A stretch of DNA of 64,000 nucleotides from a bacterium (GTDB lineage: Bacteria > Hinthialibacterota > Hinthialibacteria > Hinthialibacterales > Hinthialibacteraceae), in NCBI GenBank assembly GCA_963663405.2, contig CAXXSM010000079.1:1-64000 (forward strand). The letters are read 5' to 3'. Position 1 is the stretch's first letter, and the number at the start of each line of letters is the position of its first letter. Position numbers and translations under genes: made by a program. The notes under the pieces are model-generated. The model saw only the letters and a list, made by a program, of their open reading frames with translations. It was not told the DNA's origin and did not search any database. Positions 29,846 to 39,596 of the stretch are shown piece after piece.

Positions 29846-31372
29846 TTATCGAATCTCCTGCCACCGGTTCCCATCGCGGACAAGAAGCGAATTCGCTTCT
29901 TCAGGGCCAAGGCTTCCTTTCTCATAAAACACGAGTGGCAGAGACGGCTCCACTTCGATCGCTTGGATGACTGGATCCATAAATTCCCACGCTCTTTCAA
30001 TCGCGTCTTTCCGGGCAAATAGCGTTAAATCACCACGGGCGCAATCGAGCAACAACCGTTCATACGCTTCAGGAGGGCGCCGTTCAAATCCCGCGGCGTA
30101 TTTAAAGTTCATATCCACATTCCCGATCTTTAACCGGTCACCCGGTTCTTTACATACAAAGCGCAGTGAAATCCCTTCATCCGGCTGAATCCGCATAATC
30201 AGCACGTTTGGATCGATCATTTGACAAACGTCTTCCCGCCCGAACAGGCAAAAAGGAATCGGGTTGAACTGGATCGCAATCTCCGTCACGCGCCGTTGCA
30301 ACGCCTTCCCAGCCCGGAGATAAAACGGCACGCCCTGCCAACGCCAATTATCCACCATCACTTTCATCGCGGCGTACGTAGGCGTATGGGAATCGGGAGA
30401 CACATCCGCTTCCTCCCGGTACCCTTTGTATTGCCCGTAGACGGTATGATTCTGAATCGCTGAACCAAGCAGCGGACGCAAAGACCGCAGCAACTGCAGT
30501 TTCTGATCGCGGATATCATTCGCTTGAAATGTAACCGGCATTTCCATCGAACAGAGCGAAAGAATTTCGAGCAAATGGTTTTGAACGATATCCCGGAAAA
30601 CACCGGTCTCTTCATAAAAACTGGCGCGGCCCTCGATGCTGATATCTTCCAACGCGGTGATTTGCACGCAGTCAATAAACTTCCGGTTCCACAACGGCTC
30701 AAAAATCGAATTCCCGAAACGAAACACGAGGATATTTTGAACGGTTTCCTTTCCTAGATAATGATCGATACGGAAAATCTGATCTTCCTCAAGCATTTCC
30801 AGAAGAGTTTGATTGAGACGCCGCGCCGATGCGAGATCACGGCCAAAAGGTTTTTCAATGATGATCCGCTGCCAAGATTTCGAAGAAGGAGCCTGTTTCT
30901 GAATCAGCCCCGCCTTGGTCAAGTGGGAGAGAATGACGGGAAACACCTTTGGTGGTGTGGAAAAATAGAAAATCCGATTGCCATTCGTTCCCCGCTCGCG
31001 GTCGATCTCCTCGATCTGTTTACGGAGAGCGTCATACATCTCTTCTTTGTACACATCCCCGCTCATGCAAGTCAGCGACGGCGCGAACCGGCGCCAAATC
31101 TCCTCATCAAATAAGGGGGAGAATTTCGAAGTGGATTCATGATGCAGATCCCGGAACGCCTCGACAGACGACGCCCGGCGGCTTACACCCATGACGGCAA
31201 AAGGCTCCTTGAGCAACCCTTCCCGGAACAGATTGTAACAGGCGGGGATCAATTTCCGCTTGGCTAAATCCCCCGTCCCTCCAAAAATGATCAAGAGAAA
31301 TGGATCGGGCCGTTCCAAATCGCCGTCCTGAGCGGATTTATGTAAATGAAACATCGTTTCCAATTCAAGCAT
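29846..31372 (-). CDS. zwf: Glucose-6-phosphate 1-dehydrogenase
   Basis: GGTGDLAKRK, EKPFG, RIDHYLGKE, DIVQNH, WRWQGVPFYLRAGK. Start reassigned to ATG 31372 with a GGGAG RBS. Confidence 0.96.
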   Translation of the reverse strand: MLELETMFHLHKSAQDGDLERPDPFLLIIFGGTGDLAKRKLIPACYNLFREGLLKEPFAVMGVSRRASSVEAFRDLHHESTSKFSPLFDEEIWRRFAPSLTCMSGDVYKEEMYDALRKQIEEIDRERGTNGNRIFYFSTPPKVFPVILSHLTKAGLIQKQAPSSKSWQRIIIEKPFGRDLASARRLNQTLLEMLEEDQIFRIDHYLGKETVQNILVFRFGNSIFEPLWNRKFIDCVQITALEDISIEGRASFYEETGVFRDIVQNHLLEILSLCSMEMPVTFQANDIRDQKLQLLRSLRPLLGSAIQNHTVYGQYKGYREEADVSPDSHTPTYAAMKVMVDNWRWQGVPFYLRAGKALQRRVTEIAIQFNPIPFCLFGREDVCQMIDPNVLIMRIQPDEGISLRFVCKEPGDRLKIGNVDMNFKYAAGFERRPPEAYERLLLDCARGDLTLFARKDAIERAWEFMDPVIQAIEVEPSLPLVFYEKGSLGPEEANSLLVRDGNRWQEIR

Positions 31373-31451
31373 ACTGTTCTCCCATCCCAGCGTCTTTTTT
31401 TTGTGAACGCGCGCTGGAATCATTGGGTGAATCGCGTTTTGGGTATTTATA

Positions 31452-32267
31452 TTATCGCCAGTGAGAGACGCCGGGTCTATGTGTCTGGATTTGGTATAAA
31501 CTCGTTCGAGCGGTGATATACAACGTTTTATAATCCGATCCGCCAAAGGCGCAGTTAGCCGGACGTTGAGGCAGTTCAATTGTTTCCAACCGGTTTCCCT
31601 TCGGATCCAAGACAACGATCCCTTCCGTGGACATGGCGTACAGATTTCCCTCCACATCCACTTTCATTCCATCCGGGCGGCCCACCTTGGCGAACACGCG
31701 ACCTTCCTCCAGATCACCATCCGCTGTAACGCGAAAGAGATGTATCTCCTCTTGCTGTGTATCGGCGATATAAAGATGGCTCTCATCAGGAGTGAACGCC
31801 AATCCGTTCGGCCGATCCAATTCCTTGGTCAAAAGAATGGGGGAGGAGCCAGGGAGTACACGGAAGACACCGTTGAATGGGAGTTCTCTCTCTTCCTCCT
31901 TGGTTCCATAAGGCGGATCGGTGAAATAGACGATCCCATCGGAGCGGGAGACACAATCGTTGGGACTGTTGAGACGTTGGTTTTGATAGTGGTCCGCGAT
32001 GGAAACAACCGATCCATCGGGATTCGTCCGGCTTACCCGGCGGGCTTCATGTTCGCAGGCGATTAGACATCCCTCTGGATCAATAGTCAAACCATTGGAT
32101 TGATTACTTGGAGAACGCCAAACAGAAAGCCCCTCATCCTCGCACCAGCGATAAATCGTACTCTCCGGAATATCGCTAAACAGCAGATAACCGTCTTTAT
32201 GCCAGACGGGGCCTTCGAGAAAAGTAAACGATTCAGCGATTGTTTTAACTGCGGAGGAGAAGATCAT
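31452..32267 (-). CDS. SMP-30/gluconolactonase family protein
   Basis: EGPVW, SNGL, LNSPND, FTDPPYG, PNGLAF, PDGMKVD, NCAFGG. Confidence 0.92.
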   Translation of the reverse strand: MIFSSAVKTIAESFTFLEGPVWHKDGYLLFSDIPESTIYRWCEDEGLSVWRSPSNQSNGLTIDPEGCLIACEHEARRVSRTNPDGSVVSIADHYQNQRLNSPNDCVSRSDGIVYFTDPPYGTKEEERELPFNGVFRVLPGSSPILLTKELDRPNGLAFTPDESHLYIADTQQEEIHLFRVTADGDLEEGRVFAKVGRPDGMKVDVEGNLYAMSTEGIVVLDPKGNRLETIELPQRPANCAFGGSDYKTLYITARTSLYQIQTHRPGVSHWR

Positions 32268-32272
32268 GATTA

Positions 32273-32839
32273 TTAAGAATTGAAAAATGGATTGCCGTTT
32301 TTCTCAATTCCCACAGTCGTCATCGGACCGTGGCCGGGGCAGATTAAGAGATCATCGGGCAGTGTGAATATTTTCTTTTGGATATTATCCATCTCTTCAT
32401 TCTTGGCCGCCGCGCCACTCGTTCCACCAATCGATCCGGCGAATAACGCGTCGCCGACAAAAGCGAATCGATTCTCCACAACCAGTGTGATTGAGTTCGG
32501 CGTATGGCCGGAGGTGCGAAGAACGCGGGTATTCAATTTCCCCAGCGGCAGGGAGTCCCCTTCACCAACCGCCTTTCCATTGGACGTTGTCCCTGTGCTT
32601 GAATAGACGGGAACATTGTGACGCCGGAGGATCGAATCCAATCCGGCGTCGTGATCCCAATGCAAATGAGTAAGAAAAACTCCCACAAGCCGCGCCTCAA
32701 TCGCCGATAGAAACGCGTCGTATTCAGGCGTATCATCACCCGCGTCGATTAATAGCGCGTCTCCCGTCTCCCGGCAGCCAACGATATATGTATTCGCCTC
32801 GTTCGCTTCCTTGAGAAAAAATGGTTGAAAGAGAATCAT
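32273..32839 (-). CDS. MBL-fold metallo-hydrolase (glyoxalase II-like)
   Basis: THLHWDH, GHT, GDALF and PGHG motifs. Confidence 0.92.
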   Translation of the reverse strand: MILFQPFFLKEANEANTYIVGCRETGDALLIDAGDDTPEYDAFLSAIEARLVGVFLTHLHWDHDAGLDSILRRHNVPVYSSTGTTSNGKAVGEGDSLPLGKLNTRVLRTSGHTPNSITLVVENRFAFVGDALFAGSIGGTSGAAAKNEEMDNIQKKIFTLPDDLLICPGHGPMTTVGIEKNGNPFFNS

Positions 32840-32852
32840 CGTTCCGCTCCCT

Positions 32853-34310
32853 TTACGGCGCCGGATAGGGTATGGGACTTTCCAACTCTTGCGTCATATG
32901 ATCGGGAAGTATCCAAACGTCGCCCGATTGATTGCAGAAATAGAGACGGGATTCAGATGGCTCCAGCGCGTTTCCATCCGCCCAGAATCCATAAAAATCT
33001 GGATGCGCGTCGATCGGTTTTCGGACATAGGTATGATTGCGGGGACTGTCTTTTGTCATCTGGCGGACCTTCTTCCACGTTTTTCCCGCGTCCTCACTGG
33101 TCCAGAGAGCGATTTCACCACCCGTGCAATACGCCTGCGGCCCAGGTTCCGTGGGAGCGATGATGCGCCAGGTCCCATCGTCTTCGATATAAAGCGAACC
33201 CATATCATAGTTATGATCGGACTGCGTCACAACCTTGCGCTCCCATTCCTTCCCCGTCCAATGAACAATGAGCCACGTGCGTGGACCGTTCTTCGGTCCG
33301 GACTCGAATCCTTTGCTCAACACGACGAGAATCACGGGATTCCCTTTCAGGTCGTAAGTGATATCTTTTAAATAGACCAAATCACCGTCTTTTTGAAAGT
33401 CATAAACAAGGGCGTCATTTTGAGGTGAATCGAGCGGGATCTCCAGTTCTTTCCCATCCACCGTAGTCCAGGTTTTCCCAAAATCGGGTGTTTCCATGTA
33501 ATATAAATTCGTACGGGCGTTCAAACCCACTTTAGGAGGATGCCAGTTAAACGCCGTGCCCCGGCGGGAACCGCCACAACCACAACGGGCGCTGATCTGA
33601 TAGTGCCCGGCGAATCCAGCGATTTTAATATCCTCGCCCCATTCACGGCCGTCCCGGCTCACATTGAAATAACATTCCCGCCCCCCCGTGTATTTCGTAA
33701 AGAGAAATAGAAAACCGAATCCCTCCTCGAACAGCGGCTGGGGATACGTGAATTCTTTTTTCATAACAAGTTCAAACGAATCGATCGAATATGGTTTTAC
33801 ACTCTTCCAGATAAAACCGTCTTTCCCGCCATGCGCGCTGGCAAAGACCCAAAGATACCCGTCAGAATCGAGAGTCAGCACGGGATTATGATGAGCGTCG
33901 GATGTGCCTTTTTCCATGATAAGAGCGGGTTTAGGAACTTTCTTGGCCGTATGATCGTAGTAAGAGACCATAATCAACAGGGCATTTGGTTCATTCACGC
34001 CTTTAGTTCCACCGTACACGAAAAAGGTCTTATTCACTTCCGGCGCATATTGGGCGTGATACCGGTGTTTCGCGCAGTATGTCCCAAGGCCGCCGCTGTA
34101 TTTATACCGGTATTGATCGTCGGCTCTCTGGTTGCTGTACCAAATCCCGCGGTAGCCATCCACCCGCTCCGTTTTGACAATCACGGATTCGAATTTCGGA
34201 GATGTAGATGGACTGTCTTGCGCGACACCTTCCATAACGAAAAAGAAACAGGCCACAGCAGCCAAGCCGCTCCAAATAATACGTGTTCTATTGGTTGTCA
34301 CAATCGTCAC
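32853..34310 (-). CDS. Secreted BNR-4 repeat beta-propeller protein
   Basis: Signal peptide; DAHHNP and FTYPQ; Asp-box-like SRDGREW, TPDFGKTW and SEDAGKTW. Confidence 0.82.
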   Translation of the reverse strand: MTIVTTNRTRIIWSGLAAVACFFFVMEGVAQDSPSTSPKFESVIVKTERVDGYRGIWYSNQRADDQYRYKYSGGLGTYCAKHRYHAQYAPEVNKTFFVYGGTKGVNEPNALLIMVSYYDHTAKKVPKPALIMEKGTSDAHHNPVLTLDSDGYLWVFASAHGGKDGFIWKSVKPYSIDSFELVMKKEFTYPQPLFEEGFGFLFLFTKYTGGRECYFNVSRDGREWGEDIKIAGFAGHYQISARCGCGGSRRGTAFNWHPPKVGLNARTNLYYMETPDFGKTWTTVDGKELEIPLDSPQNDALVYDFQKDGDLVYLKDITYDLKGNPVILVVLSKGFESGPKNGPRTWLIVHWTGKEWERKVVTQSDHNYDMGSLYIEDDGTWRIIAPTEPGPQAYCTGGEIALWTSEDAGKTWKKVRQMTKDSPRNHTYVRKPIDAHPDFYGFWADGNALEPSESRLYFCNQSGDVWILPDHMTQELESPIPYPAP

Positions 34311-34400
34311 CCCTTACCTTTATTTCGCGAATACCGGAAGGAGGCCCCAGGATAATTCCTGGGACCACATTCCGATTCCATAAACGAATAATTGAATGGT

Positions 34401-36449
34401 TTAATACAAACTCCAGTTTTCAACAGGGACCGTGCCGTTGAAGACCGCGTCATTGCCATTCCCGGTGAGATCTTCGAGCATAGTTTCCGTCGCCCCGCGT
34501 GTGGAATAATAGGCGAACAGCCCGTTTGATTTCATCTCCTCGATATCCTCATCCGCCGGCGCGGTCGCGAGCAGCGCCGCGATCTCTTCCTCACTCAAAA
34601 CACGGTTCCAAATTCGGATGTTCTCCATCGAGCCTTCAAATAAACCTGACGTATCGGAAAGAGCGCCAATGTAAATAGGCGATCCGGGCCAATCAATCAG
34701 CCCCGGAGCGTCCACATCATCCACCAGAACGCCGTTGTAGTAGAGTTTAATACTGTTTTCATCATACGTGGCGCAGATGTGAATCCACGTTTCCGGCGTG
34801 GGCATTACTGCGGCGGAATCACCAAATTCAGAAATCTGGAAATGGATGCGGTTTCCATATTGGGATGTGCCATAGAGGCTAAACGCTTCGCTCACGCCCC
34901 CCCAGCTGACGATTCCCCGGCTGCTCAATGTCCGGTCTATAAAAATAGGATCCAAGTTTACCCACGCTTCCACCGTGATGGTATCCACTTGAAACGATTC
35001 GATTGTGTCTACACGCGCGAAAGTAGTCTCTCCATCGAACACAATACCAATCTCCGGCTTGAAGGTGAGAAGTTCTTCACTGATTTCAAATGTGTGAAAT
35101 TCTCCGTCAGAGCCATTCCCGGTCAGGTCCACGACGGTGTTATCATCCTGCACCGAACGCGCCGCCCAGTAGGCGATAAGACCGTTCGCTTTCATGTCTT
35201 CGATATTTTCATCCTCCGGCGCGGTTTGCAGTAAGGCGAGAATCTCATCCTCACCCAGCGCCCGGTTCCAAATCCTGAGGTTTTCCAATTGCCCGTCGAG
35301 ATGGCGGCTGCCGGGTTCCAGCGCGCCGATGTAGAGAGGATTGGCGCTGTCGAGTTGAATGGGAGCGGTCACGTTTTCCCCCACTAACACTCCATTGTAA
35401 TACAACTTGTAGTTTCCTTCTTCATCGTGGGTTCCGAGGATATGCGCCCACGTGTTCGCCGGTGGAACAAACGCATTGGCGTGGCTGTATCCAGCCGCGT
35501 CCTGGACGAGAAACCGGACCCGGTCATAGAGATAGAAGGTAAAATCACTCGGCGCGCCGCCCCGGTTCATGAAAACCTGGTTTTCGTATGTTTTATCGAA
35601 ATAAACCCAGCATTCCAGCGTGAACGCCAACAAGTTAAACGGCGTTCCATCCTCAACTTTGATGTACGTTGTCTTGCCGTCAAAGGCAATGCCGTATTCC
35701 GGTTTGAAGGTCAGATTGGTTTCATCGATGGTGAATTGCTTCCGTTCCAAATCGCTGATACCCGCTTGATCGCTGATGACGTTCTCATCCATCGACGCGC
35801 TGCTCCAATACGAGATGAGTCCATCCGCTTTCATGGCGTCAATATCTTCATCCTCCGGATTCGTAGCGAGAAGACCGGCGATATCCTCCACCGAAAGCGC
35901 CCGGTTCCAGATCCGGATATTCTCCAGCAATCCATTCAAATGACGTTCCCCCGCGATCAAGGCGCCGGCAAAGAGCGAAACATCGCCGAAATTCGTCACG
36001 CCTGGATAGGCGGTTTCCGCCATTAATATCCCATTGTAATAGAGCCGGATGGTCTCTTCATCGTAGGTTCCAGTGATGTGAACCCATGTGTTGGCTGGAG
36101 GAACCGCCGCTTCCGCAAAACCGTAATCAGTTCCCGCGTTTTCGACGAGAAACCGGAAATCTCCATTGTTCGCATACAGCGTGAAGAACTCGGCGGCTCC
36201 ACCCCGGCCTAACAGCTGTTGCTGTCCGGTGTTGTCTCTGAACTTTACCCACGTTTCCACAGTGATCTGATCGACATTGAAATCGTCGACGATCTCGGTC
36301 TCCGCGTAATCGATCGATCCATTGAACGAGATCCCCCGGTCAGGGGTCCAGGTCAACAGCGATTCATCGAGCTGCGCGTATCCACTCTGCACGGCCAGCA
36401 TGAACATCCCCATCCAGATCACTCGTTTTCCCCATATGTTTGCAATCAT
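34401..36449 (-). CDS. Secreted protein with three tandem LamG-like jellyroll domains
   Basis: Three repeats of TVExWV...WxHI...LYYNG...ENIRIWNRxL. Start at MIANIW (36449) with GAGGAGG RBS. Confidence 0.88.
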   Translation of the reverse strand: MIANIWGKRVIWMGMFMLAVQSGYAQLDESLLTWTPDRGISFNGSIDYAETEIVDDFNVDQITVETWVKFRDNTGQQQLLGRGGAAEFFTLYANNGDFRFLVENAGTDYGFAEAAVPPANTWVHITGTYDEETIRLYYNGILMAETAYPGVTNFGDVSLFAGALIAGERHLNGLLENIRIWNRALSVEDIAGLLATNPEDEDIDAMKADGLISYWSSASMDENVISDQAGISDLERKQFTIDETNLTFKPEYGIAFDGKTTYIKVEDGTPFNLLAFTLECWVYFDKTYENQVFMNRGGAPSDFTFYLYDRVRFLVQDAAGYSHANAFVPPANTWAHILGTHDEEGNYKLYYNGVLVGENVTAPIQLDSANPLYIGALEPGSRHLDGQLENLRIWNRALGEDEILALLQTAPEDENIEDMKANGLIAYWAARSVQDDNTVVDLTGNGSDGEFHTFEISEELLTFKPEIGIVFDGETTFARVDTIESFQVDTITVEAWVNLDPIFIDRTLSSRGIVSWGGVSEAFSLYGTSQYGNRIHFQISEFGDSAAVMPTPETWIHICATYDENSIKLYYNGVLVDDVDAPGLIDWPGSPIYIGALSDTSGLFEGSMENIRIWNRVLSEEEIAALLATAPADEDIEEMKSNGLFAYYSTRGATETMLEDLTGNGNDAVFNGTVPVENWSLY

Positions 36450-36533
36450 TGTTTCCTCCTCGTACTTAATTAGAGTATTGTGAAAATTCGTAAAGATTAA
36501 CATACAATGAAGTAGAAAAGTTATTTAAATCGA

Positions 36534-37145
36534 TTATCGTTTCGCGCCGCTCAGATCGGCGTTTTCAAAGTTGGCTTGACCGATAGCGGATGTTAGATCG
36601 GCGTTCACGAGTTTCGCTTTGCGAAAGATAGCGCGTTGAATCTCCGCGTCATGAAACGTAACGCCGGAAAAATCCGCCGCGCCAGGCCGGGAATAATAGA
36701 ATTTCGCGCCGTTGCAATTCGCCTCACGCGCGATCGTTCCGACCAAGTTGGACCGCCGCAGGTTGGCGTTCTGGAGATTGGCGCCGGTCAGGTTCGCCCG
36801 TCCAAGAATCGCGAATTCACAATCCGCGCCGGATAAATCCGCGCCGTCCAGGCGGGCGCTGTCGAGATTCACCCTCTGGAGATTCGCTCCCGCCAGATTC
36901 GCTCCCCGGAAATCACAGCGAACCAAACAGGCGGACGAGAAATCGAAGCCGCCACAGTCCGCGCCGCTGAAATCTACATCCGCCAACACCCATCCCGCGA
37001 GGGATTCTCCCGCGCGGCCTCGTTCGAGAATTTTCTGTGTGAACGCGTCCCGGTCAAGAAGATGTTCCCAGCAATGCTCTTCACCCGTCAAAGCCAGCCG
37101 CCCATCCCCCGCCGCGCATTCAACAAATTGGAAATATGTATTCAT
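36534..37145 (-). CDS. Pentapeptide repeat protein
   Basis: Runs of A(D/N)LxG pentapeptides (ANLAG ANLQR...ADLSG). Confidence 0.88.
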   Translation of the reverse strand: MNTYFQFVECAAGDGRLALTGEEHCWEHLLDRDAFTQKILERGRAGESLAGWVLADVDFSGADCGGFDFSSACLVRCDFRGANLAGANLQRVNLDSARLDGADLSGADCEFAILGRANLTGANLQNANLRRSNLVGTIAREANCNGAKFYYSRPGAADFSGVTFHDAEIQRAIFRKAKLVNADLTSAIGQANFENADLSGAKR

Positions 37146-37350
37146 GAATTTCCGCCTCCCCCACTCCACAACAATACACTCCCTTATACTTTGACCGCGC
37201 GCAAGGGATCAAATGGAATGGATGGATGAAATAATCATAATCTATATAGCGTATATCATACTATCCATTTAACAAATAGGAAACACATCGTAAATATTTA
37301 GAAATAAAGACCTTGAGTGAATAACAGGGAAAGGAGACGGTATCGGAACA

Positions 37351-37878
37351 ATGAAAACCCTCAAACAATTGGATCCAAAACACAAAGAAGTGAATAATAT
37401 GCTGCGCGTAATCGGCCCTATTGTAGCGGCGGCGGGTCTACTTTTCATGTTGGCCGGCTTTATCGATTTTTTTACCTGTGATGGGATGCCTCAATATTTC
37501 TGGTGTTTTTTTGTTGGCATGCCGATTTTCTTTGTTGGATCAGTGTTATCGAAATTCGGGTATATGGGATCGATCACCCGGTATATGGCGGGTGAAATGG
37601 CCCCAGTCGCGAAAGACACATTCAACTACATGGCGGACGGAACGCAGGAAGGAGTCAAAACCCTGGCCAAAGCGGTTGGAGAAGGCCTTTCTTCAGGATC
37701 AGGCGCCGCTGCAACCGTCATTCTCTGCCATAAATGCAACGCGGAAAACGATAAAGACGCGAAATTCTGCTCTCAATGTGGAGCGCCCATCCAAAAATCA
37801 AAACCTTGCCCCCAATGCGCAGAACTCAACGATCCAGACGCGAAATTCTGTGATAATTGCGGGAGAGCGTTTGGGTAA
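37351..37878 (+). CDS. Membrane protein with double zinc-ribbon C-terminus
   Basis: Two TMs; CHKC..FCSQC and CPQC..FCDNC. Confidence 0.85.
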   Translation: MKTLKQLDPKHKEVNNMLRVIGPIVAAAGLLFMLAGFIDFFTCDGMPQYFWCFFVGMPIFFVGSVLSKFGYMGSITRYMAGEMAPVAKDTFNYMADGTQEGVKTLAKAVGEGLSSGSGAAATVILCHKCNAENDKDAKFCSQCGAPIQKSKPCPQCAELNDPDAKFCDNCGRAFG

Positions 37879-37892
37879 GAACTTGCCTTATG

Positions 37893-38041
37893 TATACTGA
37901 GCGCGGTTATAATCTGCGTTTCTCGTTTACCAAAAACCAGCCCATTAATAGCAAATACATGAATTGAAAAGATCTGATTATGCCCGTGCGGGCGCCCAGG
38001 GCAAGGCTTTTTTCTGCCCTGGCTACGTTCCGGAAATTATG
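37893..38041. repeat. Permuted copy of the family I REP-like composite element
   Basis: The 3' part of the element (TATACT..AATCTGCGTTTCTC..CCCATT, 37893-37946) precedes the 5' hairpin CGGGCGCCCAGGGCAAGG..TGCCCTGGCTACGTTCCGGAAATTATG (37989-38041). Confidence 0.75.
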
Positions 38042-38232
38042 TAGAAATACTTCTTTATATTTTTACAGTCTACACTCTCCTCAAACTGAAAAACAAGCGG
38101 ATTCCATCCATACGGAAAAAGTATTCACCCAGCGATTCAAGGGCTTGACGGCGTATATCTTCATAGTGCATCTTGGACTCACGAACGCAGATTCTGGCAT
38201 TCTATATACCACATCACTCCAAGGGGGAAGCG

Positions 38233-39312
38233 ATGAAAAAGTCTATCCAATTGATCGCTATGTTTTTGATCGGCTCCTGTTTGTGTCCTAACGTCTTCGC
38301 GCAGCAAACCGCGGGAGAGGGAGAATATCACGCATGGTGGAACGAGGGTTATTTCGGACGTCCGCGCGCCAATCCGCAGGCGAAAATCCTCCCCTTGATT
38401 CAGGTCCAGGGAAACAGATTCGTCAATCCAGATGGTGAGACGGTATTGTTCCGTGGATTGTCCATCTCCGATCCCGACAAAATCGAAAACCAGGGGCATT
38501 GGTCCAAGGCGCATTTTGAACACGTAAAAGAGACCGGCGCGATGATAGTCCGTATCCCCGTTCACCCCGTCGCCTGGCGTGAACGGACACCGGGGAAATA
38601 TCTGGAACTGCTCGATCAAGCGGTCCAATGGTGTACGGAATTAGAGATGTACATCATCATCGATTGGCATTCGATCGGTAATTTGAAAATGGAACTGTTC
38701 CAAAATCCCATGTACGACACGACACAAAAAGAAACCTATGAGTTCTGGCGCGCGATCGCACGACGTTTCCGGGGCCATAACACCGTCGCGTTTTACGAAA
38801 TATTCAACGAACCATCCATCTACCGGGGACAGCTGGGCCGGGCGGCATGGGGAGAATGGAAAAAGATCAACGAAGACATCATCTATCTAATCCGCGCCTA
38901 CGATCCGGAGACCATTCCACTCGTCGCGGGTTTTGATTGGGCGTACGATTTGACTCCCCTTATCCGGGAACCTCTTGATGCGCAGGGGATCGGTTATGTG
39001 ACACATCCATATTCACACAAACGGACGAAACCTTGGGAACCCAAATGGGAAGAAGATTTTGGATTCGCCGCGGACCGCTATCCTGTATTCGCGACGGAAT
39101 TCGGTTTTGGGCTTCGTGGTGAAGACACTGTGGATGAAGACCATTATGGGAATGTGATTCTCAAATACCTGGAAGGAAAAGGGATCAGCTGGTGCGCCTG
39201 GGTCTATGATCCGGAATGGTATCCCCGTATGCTTGAATCGTGGGACACATATAAACTGACGGGAAGCGGAGAGTTTTTCAAAAACGCGATGCGACACCCG
39301 CTGGGAAAATGA
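38233..39312 (+). CDS. Secreted glycoside hydrolase family 5 (cellulase family)
   Basis: Signal peptide; VRIP, IIDWH, EIFNEP (acid/base), THPY, ATEFG (nucleophile). Confidence 0.9.
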   Translation: MKKSIQLIAMFLIGSCLCPNVFAQQTAGEGEYHAWWNEGYFGRPRANPQAKILPLIQVQGNRFVNPDGETVLFRGLSISDPDKIENQGHWSKAHFEHVKETGAMIVRIPVHPVAWRERTPGKYLELLDQAVQWCTELEMYIIIDWHSIGNLKMELFQNPMYDTTQKETYEFWRAIARRFRGHNTVAFYEIFNEPSIYRGQLGRAAWGEWKKINEDIIYLIRAYDPETIPLVAGFDWAYDLTPLIREPLDAQGIGYVTHPYSHKRTKPWEPKWEEDFGFAADRYPVFATEFGFGLRGEDTVDEDHYGNVILKYLEGKGISWCAWVYDPEWYPRMLESWDTYKLTGSGEFFKNAMRHPLGK

Positions 39313-39393
39313 TAAATAGGGCTCACACTGCATGTGATTACGTAAAGTTTCATATTACTCTCATTTCATGTAATATTATGCAATAATGTTCGC

Positions 39394-39549
39394 ACGGGTA
39401 CCCAGGGCAAGGCTTTTTTCTGCCCTGGCTACGTTCCGGAAATTATGCAAGGGGAGAAAAAAGCCTTCCCCTTGCTACCCAGCTGATTGATATATACTCT
39501 GTGGGATCGTAATCTTCGTTTCTCATTACCAGAAACAAGCCCATTGAAA
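39394..39549. repeat. Family I REP-like composite element, second full copy
   Basis: Near-identical to 5176-5329, including both CTAC-terminated hairpins. Confidence 0.88.
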
Positions 39550-39596
39550 AGCTTCAGATTATGCCCGCGTTCAGTATAAATAGGAATATATAAACC

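Noticed and set aside
31373-31657. 95-aa N-terminal extension of zwf
   Set aside because: It overlaps the SMP-30 gene, and a better ATG with RBS is at 31372.
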